A DNA stretch of 24,027 nucleotides. It comes from a virus. Its lineage: Duplodnaviria > Caudoviricetes. How positions within the stretch are numbered: the first letter of the stretch is position 1; each line of letters starts with the position of its first letter. Of this stretch, positions 13,783 through 22,256 are shown piece after piece. The position numbers were made by a program, and so were the translations under genes. Where the stretch lies: positions 1 through 24,027 of the IMG/VR virus record IMGVR_UViG_3300035135_000571; one strand, written 5' to 3'. Under the pieces are notes generated by a model, which was not told the DNA's origin, ran no database searches, and was given only the letters and a program-made list of their open reading frames with translations.

Positions 13783-15951
13783 GTGGCTGCCGTAGCGAAC
13801 GTAGCAATCAACGTTGATTCACGTGACGCTTCCCGCAAGCTTCGCGAAGTTACAAATCGCAGCAAAGAAGTCAGCAAGGCAGCTGGTACTGCATCGTACA
13901 ATGTTCAAAGATTAGGCGTTGCTTTTCGGTCAACAGTTGCACCTTTAGTCGCTTTAACAGGTGCCGCAACATTTTTAGGACGTAGTTTAGCAGTTTTAGG
14001 CAAAAGACAGGCTGACGCGGCAGCATTAGCGAATGGTCTTAAAAAAATTGGCGAAGGCGAAGGAGAATTGCGGCGGCTTCAAAAAACTGCTGATGAGCTG
14101 GGCAAAGCGACTTTATTTAATCAAGAAGATTTCGACGCTGGGTTTACCCTTCTCACTTCATTTAGAAGAATTGGGGTTGATACTTATGGACGAGTCGCCA
14201 AAGCCGCCGCTGATGTTGCGCAAGTAACTGGTCAGGATGTGCGATCTTCATTGATGCAGCTTTCAAAAGCTCTTGAGGATCCATCAAAACGTGTGACAGA
14301 TCTTGCCAGAAGTGGAACTGTATTTACTGAACAGCAAAAAGAACAAATCAAAGTTCTGCAAGAATCCGGCAGACTAATTGAAGCTCAAAATTTAATTCTT
14401 TCAGAGATTGAAGCTCAATATGGCGGAGCTGCTGAAGCCGCTGGCAAGGCTGGTTATGCAGGTGCCGTTGATTCTTTAGGCGAAAGTTTCAGGGACTTTC
14501 AAGAACGTCTTGCTCAAGGTGTTGAGCCTGCAGTGATCAATGCAACTAAAGCCTTAACCAGTTTATTTGACACACTAAACAAAATTCCTCAGCCAGTTGG
14601 TCAGGCAGCTTTGGGCGTTGCAGCAGTTGCAACCGGAATTGTTGCCTTGAAAGCAGCGGCATTGGCAGCTATTCCAGCTATTAAATCGCTGTTTCTTTTG
14701 CTGGCAGCTAATCCATTTATCGCTTTAGCTGCTGGGCTTACTGCTGCAACAGTAGCACTTGCGGGCTACAGGAACGAATCTGAAAGAATCGCTGATGCAG
14801 CCGCTGGCGGCGGTGCTGCAGAAGTACAAGCAGCCCGCACAAAATTACTTGAAACAGAGCAAGAAATCAGCCTAAAAAAAATGGCCTTAGAAGATGCGAC
14901 AGGACGGAAAGCTCAGCAAATTAGACGTGAACTAAAAAGGCTGCGTGATAACGCAAACGCACTTCGCGCATCCATACCAAAAGTAACAGCCCCAGGCGCC
15001 CCGGACCAATCAGGATTAGATCCTCAAATTATTGCTGGAGCATCAAGCTCAAAAGCAGCAGACGACCTGCAAAGAAGGCTTGAAGTAGGAGCATCTATTG
15101 AACAACAACTTACAAGAGAAATTGAATTAAGGTCTGCTTCTACAGAGCTGGATCGACAATTATTACAAATTCAATATGAGCTTGAAGATACATTGGCAAG
15201 AATTAATAAAAATGCAGCTGATAGCCAGAAAGGGATGCTTGCTAATTTGGCCCAAATGAACGCTGAGCAAGAAAATATTGAAGCAATTCAGAACTCATTT
15301 AGTGATTTCTTTAAACAGTCCCAAGAGCAAACAGCAGCTCTTGCTCAAGCTCAAATGCAATTCAGTGAATTTTTTAAAAAAGAAGCGGAGCAAGTGAACG
15401 CCCTTGACGATGCTTTGGCAGGTGTTGGTCAAACCTTGGGCAATTCATTGATGAATGCTTTCGACGCGCTAATTAACAAAACCTCTAGCTTTAACGACAT
15501 CTTGAGTGATACATTAAAGCAGCTTGGATCTTTGTTGATCAGGGCTGGCCTGAATACTCTTGCCGACAGCGGTGGCGCTGGCGGTAGCATTCTTAGCTTC
15601 CTAGGTTTCGGGACTAGAGCAACTGGTGGTCCTGTTCAACCAAATGGAACATATCTAGTCGGCGAACGAGGCCCTGAACTGCTCACAATGGGCAATCAAT
15701 CTGGCTTCGTACACCGCAACACATCCGAAGCAATGGATCGTTATCGCCCTGGCGGATCAAGCGGTGGCGGTGGAGGATCACTAAATGTCAACTACAACGT
15801 GACCCAAATCAACGGAATGAACTTCGTCACAGAAGAGCAGTTCCGAGAAGGAATGACGAAAGCCGCTAAAGATGGTGCAAAGATGGGTGAAGCCGGTACA
15901 TTTAAATCGATGAGGAACTCTCGTTCCAGTCGTGCGAGGGTTGGATTATGA
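13783..15951 (+). CDS. Tail tape measure protein
   Basis: 722 aa Ala/Gly-rich helical protein, central hydrophobic stretch, C-terminal RATGGPV...YLVGERGPELL motif; follows the chaperone. Confidence 0.93.
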   Translation: MAAVANVAINVDSRDASRKLREVTNRSKEVSKAAGTASYNVQRLGVAFRSTVAPLVALTGAATFLGRSLAVLGKRQADAAALANGLKKIGEGEGELRRLQKTADELGKATLFNQEDFDAGFTLLTSFRRIGVDTYGRVAKAAADVAQVTGQDVRSSLMQLSKALEDPSKRVTDLARSGTVFTEQQKEQIKVLQESGRLIEAQNLILSEIEAQYGGAAEAAGKAGYAGAVDSLGESFRDFQERLAQGVEPAVINATKALTSLFDTLNKIPQPVGQAALGVAAVATGIVALKAAALAAIPAIKSLFLLLAANPFIALAAGLTAATVALAGYRNESERIADAAAGGGAAEVQAARTKLLETEQEISLKKMALEDATGRKAQQIRRELKRLRDNANALRASIPKVTAPGAPDQSGLDPQIIAGASSSKAADDLQRRLEVGASIEQQLTREIELRSASTELDRQLLQIQYELEDTLARINKNAADSQKGMLANLAQMNAEQENIEAIQNSFSDFFKQSQEQTAALAQAQMQFSEFFKKEAEQVNALDDALAGVGQTLGNSLMNAFDALINKTSSFNDILSDTLKQLGSLLIRAGLNTLADSGGAGGSILSFLGFGTRATGGPVQPNGTYLVGERGPELLTMGNQSGFVHRNTSEAMDRYRPGGSSGGGGGSLNVNYNVTQINGMNFVTEEQFREGMTKAAKDGAKMGEAGTFKSMRNSRSSRARVGL

Positions 15952-16460
15952 GTTCACTCGTCGGCATCACAACTTTTCTAGTCATTCGGGATTCAAACGA
16001 CAGAGTTAAGCACCGCTTCCAAAACAGCGAAGTAGGTCGCTTAATTACAAAACGAGACACGAACCCAGACCCAAGAGTGCCGGTCTCAGCGGCTCAGCAT
16101 CCTTACAGCTATCTCTCCTTCATTTACCAAGGTGCTGCAAAAAACAGAACCGGCGACAACATGGAAGCCCAGTTGGTTTTAGCGCAAAACGAACTCGCCA
16201 TGCAAAAAGCTTACGCGGCGGTTACTGATCGCTGGAACATACAAGCAACAACCTGCATCATGGATCCCATAAGCTTTACGGTAAAACGTGAACTAACTTC
16301 AGAGCACTGGATCGCCGCAAGTATGGTTTACGATCCAGAAATTATTGAAATCACATTGAGCAGCAGCATTGATGCAGTTGGCGTATCTGCACCGCACAAG
16401 GTTTTAACAACAGCGCAAGTTGGGGCATTGCCTGTAAGTGCTCAAATCCAAAATATTTGA
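15948..16460 (+). CDS. Tail tip/hub protein (lambda gpL N-terminal-like)
   Basis: 170 aa beta-rich, directly after tape measure and before NlpC-like gene; lacks the Cys cluster of lambda gpL. Assignment mostly by synteny. Confidence 0.5.
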   Translation: MSSLVGITTFLVIRDSNDRVKHRFQNSEVGRLITKRDTNPDPRVPVSAAQHPYSYLSFIYQGAAKNRTGDNMEAQLVLAQNELAMQKAYAAVTDRWNIQATTCIMDPISFTVKRELTSEHWIAASMVYDPEIIEITLSSSIDAVGVSAPHKVLTTAQVGALPVSAQIQNI

Positions 16461-16828
16461 ACCCTTACAAGTTGATTGGTATGAAGTACAGGCTGGGCAG
16501 TGATCCAGTCAAACACGGAACTGCTGATTGCCTGTCTTTGGCCAAAACAGTTCTGGCGTACTACGGCATTGAAAGCACCGAGCCTACGCGTGAGTGGTAC
16601 AGACGGTTACGCCGCAAGGATTATTCAATTTTTCGTGAAGAACTAGAACGCTGGGGTGTTGAGGTTGATAAACCTACAATAGGAACAGTCGCGCTGTGCA
16701 AAGCTGATGAAGGTTATGGCATGGCAGTTTATTTTGAAGACGGATGTCTGAGCTTCGTCGAATCGGTGGTGAAATGGTCCCCCACCGAAAACCTGCCGGT
16801 CGTCGCGTTTTACTCCAGTACGAAGTAG
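16457..16828 (+). CDS. NlpC/P60-like tail assembly protein (lambda gpK C-domain-like)
   Basis: LIGMKYRLG...GTADCLSL motif of NlpC/P60; TTG start in a TTGA overlap. Confidence 0.7.
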   Translation: MNPYKLIGMKYRLGSDPVKHGTADCLSLAKTVLAYYGIESTEPTREWYRRLRRKDYSIFREELERWGVEVDKPTIGTVALCKADEGYGMAVYFEDGCLSFVESVVKWSPTENLPVVAFYSSTK

Positions 16829-19800
16829 ACCTATGCAATGCAGTCGGTCTAACTACAGACGAATATTGGTTTTTTCTAGACCAAACTGAGGCTTATAACG
16901 GAAAACGAAACGAGGAATATCAACATATTCCAGACATTCAAGCAGCTGGCATTGACCCGTTAACTATCGCCATCATCCAGCTTGTTGTCGGTGTTGCGCT
17001 GACTGCAGTCAGTGCTTTGCTCGCGCCAAAGCCAAGAGCACAAGATCAACAAAAGCAGTTAGCACTTAAAACTGACGACGCGACAGGTCGCTCTAGGTTT
17101 ACCCCTCAAAATAGCTTTGGTTCCCTTCAAGAACTAGCAACGATTGGATCGACAATTCCTCTGGTGTTTACCGACAAAGGAGTTCGAGTCAATTCAACAC
17201 TACTTTGGTCACAGCTTCTAAGCCGCAAGTCGCACCAAGAGTTGAAAGCAGTAATGCTGTTTAGCCATGGCAGAATCGCACGCAACCCAGACTTCGAAGG
17301 CTTTGCCATTGGCGACACCCTGCTTAAGGACTACCCCAACGGCAAATTTGCGCTGTATTTCAATGACGGGGGCCCAGGTAGCAACCGCCTTAAGGAGCAT
17401 CATAAATACCCGCAAGGAACCATAAACAAAGACCAAGACCGAAATGACACCGACATTTTTTCTTTGAAGTGGCACGAAGGATTTAGAAGGCAATGGGAGC
17501 CTATTTTTTCTGGCGCGCGTACTCCAGCTTCACAAACTGAGTTTGGCGTCTATTCGCCGTTTCCTAACGGAATGAAATACAAGGTCAATTACGAACTTGT
17601 GCTTGTCCAAGACTCTCTGAAGGGGGAGCCTAAAGATGCGGCAAGAGCTAAGAAACGAAAAATTAGCGCTGATTTCCCTATCTACGCTGCTTTAATCTCA
17701 AGAAACGATAGCAACAGAACTTTCCAATACCAAATATCAGGCGAAGGCATTGACGAGGATGATTTTGAAGACTTCGGTACTTGGGGCACTGAAGATGTAA
17801 GCCAAGCAATCGATCGACGCCGCATTGACGTTGACGAAGCGCTTTCTTCAGGAGAGCAATACACTATTGGCGCGTGTTTGGCTACATGTATCACCGAGAC
17901 AGGCCGCATTTGGGAGCCAGGTGATACTAAAACATTTACGTTTAAAGTCTCTGAGCATTTTGTTGGGCCAAGCTTAAACGCAGCATTGAGAACGGTTGAA
18001 CGAGAACCCATTGCAGGCACAAGTGGTCCGTTTGAAAAACCTACGTTATTACGTGCCACTGTCGGCGCAGTAACCAATAACAGAGCGTGTGATGCAACTG
18101 AAATCGGTCTGAAATCAGTGGTTTGGCGCAAGATTAACGGCTTTCCAAACGTCAACACTCAGCCTGATGACGACACTATTCAAGAGTTTGAGGATGAAAA
18201 CGGAAGTATCGCTTTAGGCGGCATCAATAAATATGTCACCCGTCTTAGCTTTTTTGTTTTACAAGCCAGGCCAATAAGCAGCAATAACTGGATTACGCTT
18301 GGCGATGACAGATTTTTCGCTGTTCGCGGCCAATCACCCAGAGAGCAGTACAACTATATCCGCATTTACCCAAGTTATCGCGGTCAATACGAATATCGTT
18401 TCGTGCCAGTTGGCGGCAATTACGTCTATAAAGACCACAGAAATTCACAAGTTTTTTTGCTTGATGGAATTGGCGATAGTTACTTTGCTGACAAAGGCTA
18501 CCGAGTATTTTTTAGCGGCGAAAAAGTAACTCTATCTGAGGCGTACACAAACAATCTTGAGTGGATCGTAGGCCCGCCGCCGAAAATAGTACCAGGCAAA
18601 GCAACCACTATCAGCCCAACTAGACGCACCGATGCAGAAGTGCCTGGTGAATACGATTGGGTATTTGACGGTAGTGAATATGATATAGGCAGCGGGGCGT
18701 TTGATTATGAATACGCCTACATTGAAAAAACGAATGATGCAGGGCAATTCACAGGCGTTGAAAAATACTGGAACGGCAGATCTGTTAGGGATAGTGAAAC
18801 TGCAAAGTATGAAAAAGGTAATCTAAGGCTAAGGCAAAGAAATCGAACTTTTTACACAATTAAGCGTTACAAGCGTGAGCGTAGTGCTGTTCCTCCAACT
18901 AGAAGGGGCACCCTTACCCCTTCAGGTGGATCAGGCAGCGGCTTGACGCTCAACTATTCTTTCTGGACTGTAGTTGGTGGACCAGATGCAGCCATTTGGG
19001 ATATTAGAAGTGGTGGCCAAGGGTACAAAGTAGGTGATCGGCTAACTTTCCAAATCCCAGGTTATCCGAAAACTTTTGCCATACGAGTTGCAGGCATTGA
19101 GGAAGATTTGCAAAGAGTCAAGAATTTGAATCCGCAAAACGCGATCGCAGACTATTACATGTTTGACGCTGAAGAGGGTAGCCACTTCAACGGCCCAGAA
19201 CATTCAATAGCTTATGTGAACGAATTACAAAGACTTGATTCCGCCGCAACTTATGACAGTCTTGCGATAGCAGGCATCCGCTTATCAAGCGGAAAAGAGT
19301 GGACAAGCTTTGGTGAATTTTCTGCATACATAAAAAAAGGCATCAAAGTCGATCGGCTTAATCCCAACGCCTACGACACTGGGTACATAACCCATAATTC
19401 TGAGTCTGACTCTTTCCCAGAGATTGCTTATGCCCTTTTAACAAATTCAGATTTTGGCGCTGGGGACACTGTGGGCAAAGACCAAGTTGATGCTTGGGGA
19501 ATGGCTAAAGCGACCAGATTCTGCGAAGTTAATGGTTTCTACTGGAACGGTGTAATCAGCGAACCACAAAACCTGCGAGAATTTATCTTTAAAAATGCAG
19601 CTTTCAACTTACTTGACTTCACCATTAAAGGCGGTCGATTTAGCCTGGTGCCAGCTGTGCCTTACGGCGCAGACTACAGGATTTCACCGAATACCAAGAT
19701 AAAAGCAAAAGCGCTGTTCACGGACGGCAACATCCGAAAAATGCAGGTGAGCTTCTTAACGCCAGAAGAACGTCAAATGTTCAAAGCCACAGCCCTTTAC

Positions 19801-20433
19801 AGGCAAGACATTGACAACGGTTTTCCAGAAGTTCGATCTGTAACAGTGACTGCAACTACGGACCCCGACGGCAGGCGAATAAGTCAAGGGGAGTTAGACA
19901 AACTCCCAGAAGAAACCTTTGACATGAGCGGCTTCTGTAAAAGCCGTGATCACGCGATCAAATTCGCAAAGTATGCGCTTAATGTTCGTAAGTTTGTCTC
20001 GCATGGAATCAAATTCGAGACAACGCCGCAAGCTGCAATGGGTCTAGAGCCTGGCGACTACTTTTTCTTGGTCAGCGAAGCAACCCACACCAGCCGCTTC
20101 AATACGGGCAGTGTTGCACCGGATGGAACGATTTTTGCTCGTGAAAATCGGCCTGACGGAAACTATGCCGTTCTCCACTGGGAACCCGGAAAAACTACGG
20201 TTCAACAATCCACGATGACTATCAGAAACATGAAAGCCGTTCAAGCTAAATTTTTTGGCGGCGTGTTCTGCATCAGAAACAGCACGACAACAAAGCGCAT
20301 GTATAAAGTCGAAACTCTTTCATACGCAGACGACGGACTTGTCGAGGTGAGTGGTTCGGAAACGCCTCTTAGCAATAGCGGCACACTGCGAATCTTAGAA
20401 TGGGGTAACGGAGGTTTTACAATCGATGGCTAG
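16774..20433 (+). CDS. Tail tip attachment / central fibre protein (lambda gpJ-like, with gpI-like hydrophobic N-terminal segment)
   Basis: About 1220 aa; IIQLVVGVALTAVSALLAPKP segment, IGSTIPLVF, LLTNSDFGAG, ALFTDGNI, GLEPGDYF, YKVETL...VEVSG gpJ-type motifs; start at ATG 16774 (GGTGG upstream) or 16744. Confidence 0.82.
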   Translation: MVPHRKPAGRRVLLQYEVDLCNAVGLTTDEYWFFLDQTEAYNGKRNEEYQHIPDIQAAGIDPLTIAIIQLVVGVALTAVSALLAPKPRAQDQQKQLALKTDDATGRSRFTPQNSFGSLQELATIGSTIPLVFTDKGVRVNSTLLWSQLLSRKSHQELKAVMLFSHGRIARNPDFEGFAIGDTLLKDYPNGKFALYFNDGGPGSNRLKEHHKYPQGTINKDQDRNDTDIFSLKWHEGFRRQWEPIFSGARTPASQTEFGVYSPFPNGMKYKVNYELVLVQDSLKGEPKDAARAKKRKISADFPIYAALISRNDSNRTFQYQISGEGIDEDDFEDFGTWGTEDVSQAIDRRRIDVDEALSSGEQYTIGACLATCITETGRIWEPGDTKTFTFKVSEHFVGPSLNAALRTVEREPIAGTSGPFEKPTLLRATVGAVTNNRACDATEIGLKSVVWRKINGFPNVNTQPDDDTIQEFEDENGSIALGGINKYVTRLSFFVLQARPISSNNWITLGDDRFFAVRGQSPREQYNYIRIYPSYRGQYEYRFVPVGGNYVYKDHRNSQVFLLDGIGDSYFADKGYRVFFSGEKVTLSEAYTNNLEWIVGPPPKIVPGKATTISPTRRTDAEVPGEYDWVFDGSEYDIGSGAFDYEYAYIEKTNDAGQFTGVEKYWNGRSVRDSETAKYEKGNLRLRQRNRTFYTIKRYKRERSAVPPTRRGTLTPSGGSGSGLTLNYSFWTVVGGPDAAIWDIRSGGQGYKVGDRLTFQIPGYPKTFAIRVAGIEEDLQRVKNLNPQNAIADYYMFDAEEGSHFNGPEHSIAYVNELQRLDSAATYDSLAIAGIRLSSGKEWTSFGEFSAYIKKGIKVDRLNPNAYDTGYITHNSESDSFPEIAYALLTNSDFGAGDTVGKDQVDAWGMAKATRFCEVNGFYWNGVISEPQNLREFIFKNAAFNLLDFTIKGGRFSLVPAVPYGADYRISPNTKIKAKALFTDGNIRKMQVSFLTPEERQMFKATALYRQDIDNGFPEVRSVTVTATTDPDGRRISQGELDKLPEETFDMSGFCKSRDHAIKFAKYALNVRKFVSHGIKFETTPQAAMGLEPGDYFFLVSEATHTSRFNTGSVAPDGTIFARENRPDGNYAVLHWEPGKTTVQQSTMTIRNMKAVQAKFFGGVFCIRNSTTTKRMYKVETLSYADDGLVEVSGSETPLSNSGTLRILEWGNGGFTIDG

Positions 20434-20833
20434 CCAACCGATACGGTTTCCGTTTTTGACGCCTACCAGAAGGCAATACACTCCTGGCAGGTATCCCCAG
20501 ACTGTTTTTGAAGCACAAAACGGAGCGACCTCCGTTATGCGTTTCGCCAGTAAATCGGTTAACGCAAAACTGCAGTTGACCTTTGAGAACATCTCAGACG
20601 ATGACGCTGATAGAATTATCGACCACTACATCCAGGTCAACGACGACTGGGATTATGCGTTTATTTCAGCTACTGACCCAGTTCTCAAAGGAATGGTCAA
20701 TGATTTGAGGCAAAATATCGACGGTCAACCGCGTGGTTTACGTTGGCGTTACGCGGAACCACCCATCGTAACCAGCGTGTTTCCAAATGTTTCCACCGTC
20801 GAGTGCAATCTAACTGCCTACCTCGATGGCTAG
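20426..20833 (+). CDS. Distal-tail (lambda gpM-like) protein
   Basis: 135 aa; VFEAQNGA...LQLTFENISDDDADRIIDHY...WRYAEPP...TVECNL pattern resembles gpM/Dit proteins. Confidence 0.55.
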   Translation: MASQPIRFPFLTPTRRQYTPGRYPQTVFEAQNGATSVMRFASKSVNAKLQLTFENISDDDADRIIDHYIQVNDDWDYAFISATDPVLKGMVNDLRQNIDGQPRGLRWRYAEPPIVTSVFPNVSTVECNLTAYLDG

Positions 20834-20866
20834 AATTGAAGCACTGGCCACTTTACGGCGCAAATC

Positions 20867-21268
20867 ATGGCTATCTATACAGGACAAAATGGGATCCTGA
20901 AATTTAACGGCCAGCAACAGGTCAATATTCGGAACTGGTCTGTTACCACGACGGTTGACACCTTAGAGGTTACGGATCTTGGTGATCGCAAAAGAAAATA
21001 TATTCCTGGGCTAGAGACGGCGACGGCAACAGCCACAATCATGTATCACGACGACAACGCGACTCTTAGAAACATTCTTGACACGTCTATTAGGTCTAAC
21101 GCACAGAGCAGTCCTTCCCCCCACAAACTTGAACTCAAGTGGGAAGGTCGAGATCTTGATTTTGAGGCGTACATTACTTCGATAACTATTACTTGCGCTG
21201 TCGGCGATGTAATGACAGCTGATGTTAGTTTTCAAATGACTGGAGATTATACGACTATCGATCTGTAA
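20867..21268 (+). CDS. Tail-tube-fold protein, paralogue 2 (minimal, 133 aa)
   Basis: IRNWSVTTTVDTLEVTDLGDRKRKYIPGL...ADVSFQMTG aligns with the tube core of 12383..13141. Confidence 0.75.
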   Translation: MAIYTGQNGILKFNGQQQVNIRNWSVTTTVDTLEVTDLGDRKRKYIPGLETATATATIMYHDDNATLRNILDTSIRSNAQSSPSPHKLELKWEGRDLDFEAYITSITITCAVGDVMTADVSFQMTGDYTTIDL

Positions 21269-22200
21269 TGGCTGTACTACTTGGCGACCAAGGCAGGATA
21301 GAGCTGCGCCGTGCTTCTGATTCCAGAACATCGACGGTAGCTTTCGATCTAAACACAGCAGACATAAACGCAACTAAAAACAGATTTTCTTTCACGCCTA
21401 ACAACGGCGGCCCAATTCCTATTCTTAGTGGAGATCGCATATCCATTAAAGTAGTAGACCCAAGCGGTTTGTTGACTTGGTTCGATGACTATTCAACCCA
21501 GCGCGAAGCTACTGTTTATGCGCATGTAGACGCCGCAGGCGGAATCTACTTGTATCACAATTACAGCGAAGCAATTAATGGAGAAACAACAGGTCGCTTG
21601 AGCCTATCTAACAACGTAACAATCAGCCCTGCCCATACGATTAAGATTCAAGATGGCATCTACAAAATACTGGGCCAAGTTGTTTCGTATGAATTAAACA
21701 CAGAAAGAGAAGCTGTTGACACGACATCTCTTTCAGATGATTTCCGAAAGTCTACGTCAGGTTTAATTTCAGGCAGTGGACGCTTTACAGCTTTTTTTGA
21801 TTACAGACGAAATTCAGGAGATCCTGCATACGAAGGACAGCCAGAAGATCGAATTGAGCTGCCTTTCTACATAAGCCAACTTGTTCTACGCACTGAGCTT
21901 GGAAGCGAATTCAATGGCAAATTTTTTGTTGTAACTGAAGGTGCAAAACCTTATGGGTCAGCCGCAACAGTCAATGACATCATTTACTACGAGTGTGACG
22001 CTCGCATCACTTCTGCCGCAATAGATTTTGCTGCATCTGAGGCCATCGAGATGACAGTGGAATTTGTAACCACCGGAACTATTCGGCTTCAAACTGAATT
22101 TGATGCTCCAGGCAGGGTTCTGCAGAGCAATAACGGGAAAATTCTGCTGGGTCAATATCAAAATACTGGTTTCGGCGCTCTGCTGAAAAACACACCTTAA
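21268..22200 (+). CDS. Tail-tube-fold protein, paralogue 3 with inserted domain (310 aa)
   Basis: LGQVVSYELNTEREAVDTTSLSDDFRKSTSGLISGSG...MTVEFVTTG aligns with tube core; TAATG coupling. Confidence 0.72.
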   Translation: MAVLLGDQGRIELRRASDSRTSTVAFDLNTADINATKNRFSFTPNNGGPIPILSGDRISIKVVDPSGLLTWFDDYSTQREATVYAHVDAAGGIYLYHNYSEAINGETTGRLSLSNNVTISPAHTIKIQDGIYKILGQVVSYELNTEREAVDTTSLSDDFRKSTSGLISGSGRFTAFFDYRRNSGDPAYEGQPEDRIELPFYISQLVLRTELGSEFNGKFFVVTEGAKPYGSAATVNDIIYYECDARITSAAIDFAASEAIEMTVEFVTTGTIRLQTEFDAPGRVLQSNNGKILLGQYQNTGFGALLKNTP

Positions 22201-22256
22201 AGACTGGGAAAATACGCCAAAAGCCTAGAATGGCTAAGTAACGAAGAATCCAGGTC

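Noticed and set aside
20418-20423. TACAAT as a promoter for the gene at 20426
   Set aside because: Only 2 nt from the ATG, so a transcript would start inside the gene; it also lies in J coding sequence.
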